Source of the DNA: Schmidtea polychroa
Lineage: Eukaryota
DNA: 64,000 nt
NCBI GenBank assembly: GCA_044892525.1
Contig: CM097888.1
Coordinates: 4,960,001 to 5,024,000 of the forward strand
Direction: 5' to 3'
In this document: piece by piece, positions 13,420 to 25,669 of the stretch
How positions within the stretch are numbered: the first letter of the stretch is position 1
Layout: each line of letters starts with the position of its first letter
The notes under the pieces: generated by a model
Seen by the model: only the letters and a program-made list of their open reading frames with translations
Told to the model about the DNA's origin: nothing
Database searches by the model: none
Program-made: the position numbers and the translations under genes

Positions 13420-13497
13420 CTGGTAGCGCAGTGGGAATAGCTCAATCAGTAGTAAGAATAGGCAGCGGTTCAAATCCCAAGTCAAACTATTTTTTTT
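13420..13497 (+). ncRNA. Pol III-type unit 1 (A box, B box, T-run); tRNA-derived or VA-like
   Basis: TAGCGCAGTGG 13424-13434, GGTTCAAATCC 13467-13477, T8 at 13490-13497; no convincing cloverleaf. Confidence 0.45.
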
Positions 13498-13611
13498 CAA
13501 CACAAAATAATATTAAAAATATTATTGTCATAATATTCTACTACTTTTAGTTTTTAAGTAGAATATTTAATTCTCTGTGTTTAATGGGAAAAAGAAATTT
13601 TAAAAACAAGA

Positions 13612-13691
13612 TTGCTGGCTCAGTGGGAATAGACTGGCACAGTGGTTCAAATGGATAGTGGTTCAAATCCCAACTGAAATTAGTTTTTTTT
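13612..13691 (+). ncRNA. Pol III-type unit 2 (paralogue of unit 1)
   Basis: TGGCTCAGTGG 13616-13626, TGGCACAGTGG 13635-13645, GGTTCAAATCC 13660-13670, T-run 13684-13691; same 3' flank (CAACA.AAAATAATATTAAA) as unit 1. Confidence 0.45.
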
Positions 13692-14501
13692 CAACATAAA
13701 ATAATATTAAATATTTGAAAATAATATTGAAAATAATATTGGAAATAAATATTAAAAATATATATAGTGTGGGTATCTTAGGAAATACATCTTGTATATT
13801 TTATTTTTTTATTAATTAATTAATATTTAAACATAAATGTGAAAAAAAAATTATTAAAATGGGTGTCGCTGGCGAATCGGGAACTGCCGCCACCAGTCTT
13901 TCGTACACCCATGGGATCGATCCCCACTCGAGTCGACTTATTTGTCTTTGGTTTCCTCTTTCGGATTCGCTTTCGAATTCATTTGTACTTTCGGTAATGC
14001 TGATAATAACACTATTGAGACGCATTACAACTATCAAATTGATTCTGATGTATGAGTCTGGCCAGCTTATATATTGGAAGAGATTCGATAAACGAAAGAG
14101 GTTGAAATTGATAAATAAAAAAATGATCCTTATCAAAAAAAAACTGTTGAGAGGACAGTGGGAAAAAACAAATACCACTGTCTTCTCAGAGCAGTTTTAC
14201 TGTTTCATAAATTTTTTTATTTAAATTACAAGACATCAAGATTACAAATAAAAAAATAATTAATTATTGATTTCATCAATAAATATTCACACAATAACAA
14301 CTTATTTTTTAGTATATATAGCAGTTATAGCTTAGTGGCAATAGCAATACCAATGGGTTCAAAACCAATTTCGGTTACTTTTTTCAAATTTTTTTTAAAG
14401 GAAATATTGATCAGCATACTCGATTTAGTATCTGTACAAATTTTTAATGTAATTAGTCAACGACATCCCTTAGAAATTTTTATATTTTTATGTGAAAGGC
14501 T

Positions 14502-14721
14502 AGTAGTGTATATAATGGGAAAACCGGTTTACCCTCACCTATTTTAGACACCACTACACCTTCAATGCTTACATTAAATAAATTTTAGATTTGAAGTTGG
14601 GTGTTCCAATTCTAGACCCCACCCTACTTCAATGTTAAAAATTATTCAATTGAAAAATTGAAAAATTATTAAATACCTTAGATGGGTAGGGTGAGCCGGT
14701 GTTCCCATTATATACACTACT
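14502..14721. mobile_element. 220-bp miniature element with Polinton-like AGTAGT terminal inverted repeats
   Basis: Both ends read AGTAGTGTATATAATGGGAA(A/C)ACCGG(T/C)T(T/C)ACCCT inward; no target-site duplication seen. Confidence 0.65.
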
Positions 14722-14869
14722 TGCAGCAGTAAAAAATGTCTACAACTAATTTATTTTTACGGAAATACATTACGGTAATGAATAATAACAAAAACAAAAG
14801 TGCAAATTCATATGATAATAATTCATAAATTATAAATACTTTAGAAATAAATACAAGATTTCCTTATAA

Positions 14870-16095
14870 AGTTAACAGAAATATTGAAACACTCAAAATG
14901 AAAATCTATTTTGTATCAGTGTGATTTCTGGCCTTGCATATCCGTGGCTAATATTTGTATATTGGCTGAGTGAGTATCTAGTCATTTTTAATTTTATGCA
15001 TGATTGAAGATTTTCATCGTTCAGTGAACTTCTGATATTACTTTTTATTGTATCCATGTTAGAAAAGGTTTAAAAGAGCAATGGCATCTTTTTTTAATGG
15101 AAGATAATTCCAGCTATCAAACAGAGTTTTGTAAGTTTTTCTTTCGAAATCTTCTAATTCACTTTTAAATTTGTTAGTCCACATATCCTTATGTTTTGAG
15201 CTCGGTCGGTTGATGGTAATAATGAACATTTAACTTATTTACATCAGCTTTAAGAAGTTTTATTATAAATTTTAAAGTTGATTTGTGCTTTCTTAAGTCT
15301 TCGCAGGACTCATCTATAGCAATAGATTAAATTGGTAGAACGAAGCGTTTTGTGCCATTTTACTGATTCCATTCTGAATTGTTTTAGCAGAAGTCGGCAC
15401 ATTTCGAATCATTTTTATGATTTCATTCTTATTTTAAAAATATTGGAAAAGTTCATCTAAGATTTTTTAAAACATTCTTTCAAACAATTTTCCTCTGTAA
15501 ACGGCTTTCCACGTTTCGAAATTTGATTAGCAACTATAAAACTAACGGGCTTTGTGGTATTGGAAGAGTAAATTCATTTGTTGAATGTTGAAGTTAATTG
15601 TTGCATCTTTGCTTGGAGTTCTACTACTGCCTTTTTCCTACATTCTCCTTCTGGATAATTTTGCAAAAATGTTTTATGCTTGTAAATAAAATGTCTCGCC
15701 ATTTGATTTTTTTATTAGAAAGTTTTTCTTGGCAAATTAGGCATGATGGCAATCCTTCTGAATTACCGACAAATGCCAATCTATATGTCCAATCCACGTT
15801 AAATTCTCGATTTTCATCATTTGTCACTCTTCTTTTCGTTTGTGGTCATTTTAGAATCCCTACAGCTTTAGTTTCTTCTATTAATTTGAAAGTTTTTATT
15901 TAACATAAAAAGGAATATAAAATTGATAAAATCAATATTGTCTTCTAATTTAAGAAATTTCTATGATCATTATTATTTTTTAGAAATTTTAGACCTTTCT
16001 TGCAAAGTATATCATTTTAAATTGCTCGTCTAAAAGTTTTATAATGTACGGAGGCACAATAATCTTACTAAAAAGCCACAGGTTGCCGACCCCTG
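14870..16095 (-). mobile_element. Decayed hAT (SPIN/GTF2IRD2-like) transposon
   Basis: End CAGGGGTCGGCAACCTG (16079-16095, minus). The protein reads ENREFNVDWT..GLPSCLICQEKLSN and later ISKRGKPFTE; many stops. Confidence 0.8.
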
Positions 16096-17130
16096 ACTAA
16101 TATATAATATCAATAATTAATTAAGTATTTAAATAATATAATTAATAAAAATATGGTTTGTGTTAGGGTGAGGTTGGGATTTAATTGGTTGAATTAGATA
16201 TTTTAATATCTTTCGCCTAAAATATTGACCCTGAATTAATTCGGCCAAGTCCTATAGTCGCCTATCAGGACAAGTGTATCTATGGGCCTGCTCCTGTCAT
16301 ATAGCATACATCCCGTGGCCGTCAAGGTTATGTCATGACCTTTATCACAGATGACTATTTCAATCTCGCAGTCTTTTACCATCATTATTGTTCGTTTGAA
16401 TCCACTCTTGACTTCTAATTTGAGTATATCACCCGAACTTATGGTGTTGATCTTTTTCGGTGATTTTCGTTTTCTCTTTGTCGAAGATGAAGTGATGTTT
16501 TATTCTTCTAGATCGATATTTGGCTCTGGTCCCAATTTGTCTTAGGTTTGGCTTTCTTCACACTCTCCACTCTGGTTGTTGCTATCTTCATCGCTTTCTT
16601 ATTCGTTATTCTGATTCTTCTCGTCTTATTCCTAATATTCGTCGTTGGAGTCTTAATCGCACTTAGTCATCACTATCTTTAAACTCATCTTCGAATGTTT
16701 TTCTTGTGTCATTTTGTTTGAAGAGTTCTGGTTGAGAGGTGGGTAGTTCGATATAATCAGGCTAATCTGTTTCTTCTATATCCATTGCATATTCGCGTCT
16801 ACTTTTGCAAATTGATCATTTTTAGTTTCTTCTCTCAGTGTATTTATCATCAATATTCATGTCACTAAAAATTTCACTAAACTCTAGTTCAAACCAATAA
16901 ATGAGCTCGATTTATCTTTAAATGTAATATAAAGTTCTGTAACATTATACCATTCTTAACCTCCCCGATAAAATATGATGATATAAGACTTTACTACTGT
17001 GGTTAATGGGAGTTCTATCGTTTGGTGACTACTACTATTATCATCCTCATTATCAAAATTACGACCAACATTAACGGTATCACTAACATCATTAATACAT
17101 TGCCAATAAGCCTAACATTATCCTGATTAC

Positions 17131-17200
<70 letters not shown>

Positions 17201-17230
17201 GTTATTGTTATTATTATTGGTATTATTATT
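17131..17230. repeat. (ATT)n microsatellite
   Basis: Direct reading of the sequence. Confidence 0.95.
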
Positions 17231-17943
17231 ACCATTACCAACGTATTATCATTATCGTTGTTAATAATAAAAGCTTAATAATCTAAAAATATATTTAAAT
17301 ACAAATTGTTGCCTAAATCTGGTATTATTAAAACACCCGGTTTAAATGGCGAATTAATTAATTTAATAATAATGCTAATTATGCGTGCCAGCATTTATAC
17401 TTATTATACACTTTACTATATAATGGTATTTGATACTTATAATACAATATATATTTTATTTATAAATTAATTATTTAAATATCCCTAATTATCGTCATTA
17501 TTACTAGTATAATAAGTTATTAAAGTAAACTCCACTATCATTGGTNNNNNNNNNNNNNNNNNNNNNNNNNNNNNNNNNNNNNNNNNNNNNNNNNNNNNNN
17601 NNNNNNNNNNNNNNNNNNNNNNNNNNNNNNNNNNNNNNNNNNNNNNNNNNNNNNNNNNNNNNNNNNNNNNNNNNNNNNNNNNNNNNNNNNNNNNNNNNNN
17701 NNNNNNNNNNNNNNNNNNNNNNNNNNNNNNNNNNNNNNNNNNNNNNNNNNNNNNNNNNNNNNNNNNNNNNNNNNNNNNNNNNNNNNNNNNNNNNNNNNNN
17801 NNNNNNNNNNNNNNNNNNNNNNNNNNNNNNNNNNNNNNNNNNNNNNNNNNNNNNNNNNNNNNNNNTAATATCTTAAATTATATATACTTAAATAAACTCG
17901 GTAAAGATATTATTAATAAAAATAGCCATTCGTACATCTTTTT

Positions 17944-17985
17944 CACTGTATATTTCGATAGCATCACTATCATCATCAGGTTACC
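17944..17985 (-). ncRNA. Minimal hammerhead-ribozyme-like core (Penelope-associated)
   Basis: Minus strand reads CTGATGA T GATAG tgatg CTATC GAAA TATAC; stems I and III are degenerate; about 300 bp 3' of a GIY-YIG relic. Confidence 0.55.
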
Positions 17986-18289
17986 TGCATTCACAACGGA
18001 TGAATATATATACTATATTGATAATATATAAACAAGTTATAAAATATATAAATTTTAAATTATAAATAAAAATTTCTAACAATTATTCTTTTTTAAAAAT
18101 AATTTTCAATAATCAATTATATTTAAACTTAAAATTATTAAAAATATTATATATAAATTATTTAACATAAGTATTATTAATATACATCAACATACAAAAA
18201 CTTAATTAAAAACATTCAACACACAAGTATTCACTGCATTCTGCACATAGATTTTAGGATTAAAAGTTCTTATCAATAATGCTTCACAT

Positions 18290-18560
18290 ATCACACGCTC
18301 AAAACAATTATCAAAATCTTTTGATAAGATTTTAAAATCAGACATTCATAATTCTTACATACAGACTTTATTGTGATCCTTAATATTGGCAGTGTTCTTG
18401 AACTCAAGTACAGAGATGACGGGAAGTCTCCAATGTATGTGGCATTACACTCATTACATGTGAAATGATAAACGAGATCCAAACACAATCCAACCGGTGT
18501 TTGAGATTTACTAACAAACATACTACGTAATTTGCACGATTTTGATGTTTGTATGCCCCA
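18290..18560 (-). mobile_element. Penelope-like element GIY-YIG endonuclease relic
   Basis: LVYHFTCNECNATYIG, then after a frameshift TSRHLCT*VQEH. Confidence 0.8.
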
Positions 18561-18619
18561 CTTAATTTCCAAAGGGTGACCCGAGATCCATGGGGGCCGC
18601 TTGGACAGGCCCTCTAAAT

Positions 18620-18888
18620 CAATGGTTCCCAACCTTTTTTGGCTCATCTGAAGGTTTAATGGTCGGTTTCGCGTTTAGTAAATAATTCATTCAAAGTAGG
18701 CCGTTTATCAAATTGGGCTTTGAGGTGTTGAAAATAACTAAATTCTATAGTCATTTTATCAATATGTGCTCTTGATAAATGATCTTTCATTCGCGAAGGC
18801 TTCATTACTATTAAATGTTTTATTACATATATTTTATATTTTAATCCTCTCTCTTTGAATGCCCATCGCCCCAGGTTGGGAACCACTG
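18620..18888 (-). mobile_element. hAT (Buster-type) deletion derivative / MITE
   Basis: TIRs CA(A/G)TGGTTCCCAACC, perfect 8-bp TSD CTCTAAAT (18612-18619, 18889-18896), internal fragment MKPSRMKDHLSRAH. Confidence 0.9.
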
Positions 18889-19447
18889 CTCTAAATTAAT
18901 TTTAATGAGCGGCATGTGGTCAAAGTGGACAGGACTCGGACCGACTCGTCTAATAGCTTATCATGTCGTCATGGCATATCTGAATCTTTCCCTTTAGTGC
19001 TGAAACTATTAGAAAACATGTGTAAGCATCACCAGCACACATACCACAACTCCGACAATGACACGAGTATCTGATTTATTCGTATAGTCGAATTCTTTAT
19101 CGAATTCGGTTGTAGAATCTCTATATAAGTAGTTGATGCCAAGCCGAGTATTGAGTGCCTGTACAGACATAGCGTTACTAGTATGTACGAATACTTCCGT
19201 ATAAGTTCCTCGTGAATGAAATAAATAGATAAACAATTTATTTTATATTTCCTAAGATAAAAAATTTACACTGAATTAGCAAACTCGAGGAGACATTCCT
19301 GTTTGTTCAAATACGATTGACACGGCATAAAGAACCTAAAATTTCTGAACCTGCTCATTTGAACAATTGGTCGTTCATTATGATTATCATTCATATATTA
19401 AATTTATAATTTCGAAAAATGAAATAATCTTCTAGTTTTAATAATTA

Positions 19448-19620
19448 CAGTCAACCCTCATTAATCCGAAAAATTAGAAATCGATTTCCTTTCTGATTGT
19501 GAATTAATTCGGATAATGAAGGAATTTAATATCTATATGATCGCCAGATTAATAATGAAATTATTAAGAAAAAGACAATTATTTATTTAAAAAATCATCT
19601 AAAGTTTTTTGTAGAGTTTT
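19448..19620. mobile_element. Possible Tigger/pogo end relic
   Basis: TA|CAGTCAACCCTCATTAATCCGA terminal-like sequence and minus-strand LQKTLDDF. Confidence 0.35.
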
Positions 19621-20168
19621 ATTTTGAAGGAATTTCTGTAAATCATCTTTGACTTCTTTTAAATTCTGTACTGTATCATTGGTTATTTTTTGAGAAGAGC
19701 TGTTTGAAGAACTTACTTTGATGACAATTTCAATTACATGTAATAAATTGCTTGAATTTATGTTGTAACTGTCATTGAACTGACCATCTTCAGCTCTAAG
19801 TTATAATATTTAAATTCAAAATTTTAATTAAAACATGGCAGACTGCAATATGACAAGTTGTAATCGAGCAAAGATATAAATACAATTTACCAAAGACAAG
19901 GAATTTATGGTTTTAGCTCTAAAAATGGTCCCAAATTTTTACCCACTCAAAACACCTTATGTAAAAACTATATAAAAAATTAAAATAATGTTGCGGTCTC
20001 AGTATTTGAGATTCTCAACGTTGCACTGGTGACTATATAGGTCTATCAAATGTGAAAACAAAGTCTGGTTAGTAAATATTTATTTTGAAATACAAAATAT
20101 TACCAATACAGATTCTGTTTGAATAAGATGATTCCGCTGAAAAGGATAGTGCGAGGTATATATATATG

Positions 20169-21151
20169 TAATGTACAGTTATTTTTGTTAATATATTAGT
20201 GTTCACAATTAGGAATTGTGAATACTAAAATATAAAATGCCCCCATCTGGGAAATCCAGATTTCCAAGAAAACTATATAGCGATAATTTACTATAATAAA
20301 TTATCGCTATAGTAAATTGAAAAATTAAAAAAAAATAAATCAATAACCAATTAAAGAGTTTAAAGATATCAAAGCTAAATTAGCAGAATAAACAATTTAA
20401 GATTATATCAAGGATATATCAGAAAATCATTCGTTGGATTCTTATCAAAGAAAGGGGAACAAACAATCTTAACAACTATTATATTGGTATAATATCGGAG
20501 AGGTAGGACGATTACGAAACGGAAGAAAAGAGGTCTGGAGACTGATAGAGATTCACAATAACGAATATAATTTTTTATCCTAAATACATTCTTGCGCAAT
20601 ACAATCTAAAAAGTAAATTAAAGGAAGTGAAAGAAAAGAAATTGAGAGACCGGCAGAGATTATTATTAAAGCTACTGACTTTGGTCCAAAAAATAAATTA
20701 CTCAAAAGATTGATTGACAACTCGAAATTACAGCAGAAATATTATAAAAGAAATACTCCATATACCACTTTTCTATTCAGACAGTATTACGGAATCCCCA
20801 GTAGCCAAGGTTCTTAATTTTGTTTAAATAAACGTTTTGGTACAATATATTATTGTTTATTATTATTTTTATTTTATTTGCTATTGTCGTACAAACAAAC
20901 TCAACACGCACCCCGACTGTCCCGCCACAAGTTTTAACGGAGACTCTTTCGGGCTCATCAAATTTCTATAACAATAACAATATAATATAACAATTTCATA
21001 CCACATTCTAACATAACAACCTCCTAATGTACAGTTATTTTTGTTAATATTTTAGTATTCACAATTAGGAATTGTGAATACTAAAATATAAAATGCCTCC
21101 ATCTGGGAAATCCAGATTTCCAAGAAAACTATATAGCGATAATTTACTATA
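20169..21151. repeat. ~127-bp direct repeats (20169-20295, 21025-21151) with internal palindromes
   Basis: Near-identical blocks containing the hairpin TAGTATTCACAATT-AGG-AATTGTGAATACTA. Confidence 0.85.
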
Positions 21152-22788
21152 GTAATGTTGTATACGTGTGTTGTGTTTGCTTGCGAAGTTCTGAACGTTT
21201 TTGTTATTGTACTGTTCGAGTTTAAAAACTAATAAGGATCTTTTTAGTTTACAGTATGACCGGTAAAATTTTTGGGTGACCACTACTGATTTTGGGTCGC
21301 TATTTATATTATTTTTCATACATGCTAATATTATTATTGCCACTCTATTGTTAGAATATAAAAACCATGTTTTTTTATTTATCTATTATTTAATTTACTT
21401 TTAACATTAAAATGTATTTGTTTTCGTCCTCATTGCTAGAACCTGAGCTGTTCTTTGTTCCAGGTGTTGTTGTTTTTTATTGCTCGAACCGAGTTGTGGT
21501 TCTTTTATAAATATTATTTTTTGAGTTCAATGGAAATTATTTAACGAAATTTAATTTGAAAATTATTTTATTATAAATTTAACTTGTTAATTAATTGTTA
21601 TATTTTAAAAGTAAATTTCCCCCTTAGAATATATAATTAAGTGTACATAGAGCAAAATAAATAAACCATCAATACATAAGTTGTTCATCGCATTATATAC
21701 AAGTTGAAATATATAATTGTACACAACACCAAAAAAAAATAAATATAAAACTGATAAAAAATTGTTCATCACATATTATATATAAGTTAACACGAGTTAA
21801 TTAAATCGTTTATTGAATAGATTTGGGATTGCATTGGGTTGGACTGTTTCTGCCATCTTCATCTACATTCGGCATAGATGTTGACACGATATTTATTGGC
21901 CCCTGTTCTGTAATACTTTGTAAGTTCAAAGTTTTTTATGACCCTGCCTCTGTCATTCAACAATAACAATTAAAAAAATTGATTAAAGAGCAATCACAAT
22001 GATATATAATTTAAATACAAGAACACATATCAAGTTGAATTCATTTACTTCGAAAAAAAGTCTGGCCATCCGTCTTCGTCTCATTCATTGCCACATTTCT
22101 TTCTTGTTTCTATATTATTTTGAGAATTACCTAGTACATTCCTGTGCCATGGTAGCATCTATGAACGTTCATAATTGAAGGGATCGTCCGGAGCATATTT
22201 TTTCAAATTGGATAATGGTTTCGGCGTAGATAATAGCTAATTCAGGAATGTCTTTAGCGCTAATTACTAATAATTCTGGTCGGTCAAATTTATGACAATC
22301 CTGGTCATCAACCCCTTCAGGCCAATGGTCCGGAGTAATATGAATATTATATGTTGATCCATTAAAAGATGGCGAGGTGATATCATAGAATTCTGGTGAT
22401 ATAATCCTTGACTTTCAATAGTAATTCCAGGAAATTGAGTTTCTTATAAATCACTCAACGAATTAATATGAATAAGTTGAATTATATCAGAATAGGCATT
22501 TCAATAACAGTAATATTTTACTACTTTTATCGTATTTCCTCATCGTTAAACAAGTAGTTAAAAATATAAACATTTACATATAGTCTGAGTTTATCGTACT
22601 CAATATATTTTTTTTATTTAGAGATGTTGTTTTGTTTAATTATTTATTTATTTAACTAATTATTTAACTGTAGGGAAATACGACAAAGTACCTATATTTT
22701 CATATATACACCAAAGTATAATTGATAATCATTTTATAGACATTAAATAAGATAAGTCAATTGAGCATTGCTTTGGTTTTAATATTAA

Positions 22789-24488
22789 CCTCTTTACCGT
22801 CAAGTTCTTTTTCTGAAATCGACCCTTAATTGGCGACTTTATTTGCGGCTATAAAAAAATTAATCTTTTAATTATTTTTCAAACATCTTTATCACCAATA
22901 ATGAACTAATAACGAATAACAGTTAACTAATTAATAACAAATAAAGCAGTTTTTAGTATTGTTGTAAAGTTCGGCTTCCTAATATGTCTTTCGTGTGTGA
23001 TAATTTTCAAAGCAAGGTACAGGACACAGGGACGTCACACTCCTTGCACATGTATCTTGTTTCTTTGCGGACTTTCTTGTTTGCCTGATGTAACCTGATG
23101 TTGTAACCTGATGTTGAACCTGATTCGCACAGTTCGTAGGATTTGAGACCAAAACGAGCTCTCTTCATAGTTATGTACTGCTTCATGGCAAGGCGTCTTT
23201 CTAGAGCATCAATGATTCATCTATGGCAATATTCTGTTCTGGTGTATAAACGCTACGAAATCGAACAATGAGTGCATAAAAAATGGCTTTATTTTCCAAA
23301 ATGATCTCTCTGATGGTGAGGCAGTTTGAGGTATGGCAGCATTATCAATGAAATGAAGACATTTCTCCAAAAGACTAAATCTATTCGGTGACATCATTTT
23401 TCTGATATATGGAGTATCTAGTAGAGGTTTTGTTGTCTAGTACATGTCTTGTTCTGATTTCTGGATGATCCCTTGATACAGATTTACATCCACTTATTTC
23501 TTCAACCTTGACTTGTGTGTGGTGTTGGGATCATTTAGTAGTTCCTCGGCATATTGATTGGTTTCCAAAACAACGTTGTCAAGGATGTTCTTTGTTATGA
23601 ACATCTGGAAATAGAGCAGAGGATTCTCAATGTCTGTGATCGGCTCGTTCCGTCCAGGTGTCCCAGTGAAGATAATCCTGGAACGGTCTGACACTTCGTG
23701 ATTTGACCAACTGAAAGCACAATTATCATAATCTCCAGTTGCATTGATATAATCACTATCGTCTCCATCGGATACATTGTCACCTGATTCTTCATCTTCG
23801 CTCTCCAGCTCACTGTCATCGTCAGTACTTCGTTCCTCATCACTGTCAGACTGAAGTATTCTGTTTCTGACTAGCTGTGTATATATACGCTTTTTTGCCA
23901 TGGCTGAGTAAGTTGCAACATGAAAAAAACTACCGAAATAATTTGTTTTTATTTATGAAATGATAAATAAAGTGGAAAATTATCAATGCACGTAGACAAC
24001 AACTTTAAATGATGACATATTGAAATAATGACGTACTGTAAGTATAATGAGTAGTGGATAACAAGGCACTGAATAAGATGAACAATTGTTTTGCAAGTTT
24101 TGTGTCTTTTGCTCCAACCTTTTGTAAGAATTTTTTTGTATTGTCTTCAATTTTATTTATCTGACACACTAGAACAGCATAATAATAGTTGTTGTAATGA
24201 TTTAGCCTATAGCGATGGGGTAATACAGCTACATTGAGGTTTGAAACGTTTTCTGAGATTTCATGGGAAATGATTTTTGTATAATTTTTTATTTTGTTTA
24301 GCCCTGCCATACATTCTTGCCCTCAGCAGGGCTAGAGTTGTAGTAGAGTGCATGGTTATTATGATTTGATGTTTCTAAATGACCTAGAACGACGTATTTA
24401 CGTTTAGCCGAGTATACTCGGGTCTACCGTGCTGCAGTACGCTTTCATATATATAAAACGAGTTAGCTCGGGTCTACCGGTAAAGGGG
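22789..24488 (-). mobile_element. piggyBac transposon, internally deleted
   Basis: TTAA on both sides with TIR CC(C/T)CTTTACCG. ORF 23494-23901 continues through stops and frameshifts to NRFSLLEKCLHF..IAIDES..KRARFG. The C-terminal TRYMCKECDVP..PCFENYH is at about 22980-23060. Confidence 0.9.
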
Positions 24489-24879
24489 TTAATATTAAAT
24501 TTCATGTGTTTTATGATTTATTCTGATTTTTTTTCATTTAATATAACTATTTTAAATTTATGATAAATTTATGATAGAAAAGTAAGTCATTTTTTTATTT
24601 AATTTATTAAATTTCAGTCTTTATATTTTATTTTAACACATTGGTGTTTTCTTTCTGATTCCAAGAATATGTCCTATTTCGTAAAATTCGTGACCGCTTC
24701 TCATTGCGTTAATAATTTTTTTTATCATCATTGGTTATTCTATAGAAAGGTTTAATAAATTAACTAAAGTTAAATGATAAACTTGCATTTCTATGGATTT
24801 CTTGCGCTGGAATTAATTTATTCCGAAGAAGTATCCGAAAAGCAATCATTCATATTTATATTCGGATTTAAAATTTCCT

Positions 24880-25600
24880 TTTAGGTCCATATAAATTCTG
24901 TCGACCAAATTCATGTATTTGGAACCTTTGATTAATTGCCTCTACTGTAGTAGGTAAAGCGTCATTGGGCCAGAATTAATTAATATTGTTTAAGCATATA
25001 ATTCTTGGTCAATTGGCTGGTAAAGTTAAATGTCAAGAAACTAATTAAAATGGAACAATTATAATTAAAATACCTGTTAAATGGCAATCAACTATATGTA
25101 ACAAGTTGGTTGGAAGTCATAACTCAAACGTCATATTACCTTCCATATCATATTCCATCGGTTTCTAAGTCGATCTTCCCAGTCCTGGCGCTCACTAATT
25201 AATACAGACTTCTCAAAGTGACTCAACGTATAGTTGGTCTTTCCAATGCCTGCTCCCCCAACGAGAACATCAGTGAGGCCATCATGGATTTTTTTTGGTA
25301 CATTGAATTCTGTGTATTGTGCAACTTTTTCTGAAAAGACAACTTTTAAATTTTCCACGCTTTAGTAAATATGTTTTGGAGTCCTTCTCTTTCAAAAATG
25401 TCATGCCTAAATTCATTTTTAATAAAGGAAAAATTAAATAAAACTTTTTTTGGCATTATCAAGTTAATAACTGCCTGTAGATATGCTTATATTGTGTCAG
25501 GGTTATAGGAGGAACCCCGAGAGAAATCAACTCCGGCGTTGACGTGTAATCGAATTATTTGACGACATTGGTGGTAGACATACCCCATGAGCGGATTGGG
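24880..25600 (-). pseudogene. Endogenous CRESS-DNA-virus-like Rep (SF3 helicase) relic
   Basis: Walker A VLVGGAGIGKTNYTLSHF (ORF 25131-25358). Another frame gives LLHIVD..LTLPAN*PRIICLN..EAINQRF, i.e. motif C and arginine-finger-like segments in Rep order. Confidence 0.6.
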
Positions 25601-25669
25601 CACTGCCAGCACACCTACCCACCGTTAAAAATTTTTAGAAATTTTTTCAAAGTCAAATTTTAAACAAAG

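Noticed and set aside
13420-13691. Bona fide tRNA genes
   Set aside because: A and B boxes are present, but I could not build an acceptor stem or anticodon arm.
16200-16800. Acidic, stop-riddled minus-strand stretch
   Set aside because: Looks like decayed coding sequence but has no assignable motif.
17541-17876. ORFs spanning N runs (also 27507-27842, 51711-52055, 53025-53252)
   Set aside because: Artefacts of assembly gaps.
20935-20962. Hammerhead-like TGATGA-GCCC-GAAA on the minus strand
   Set aside because: Stem II is too short to form and the cleavage-site U is missing.
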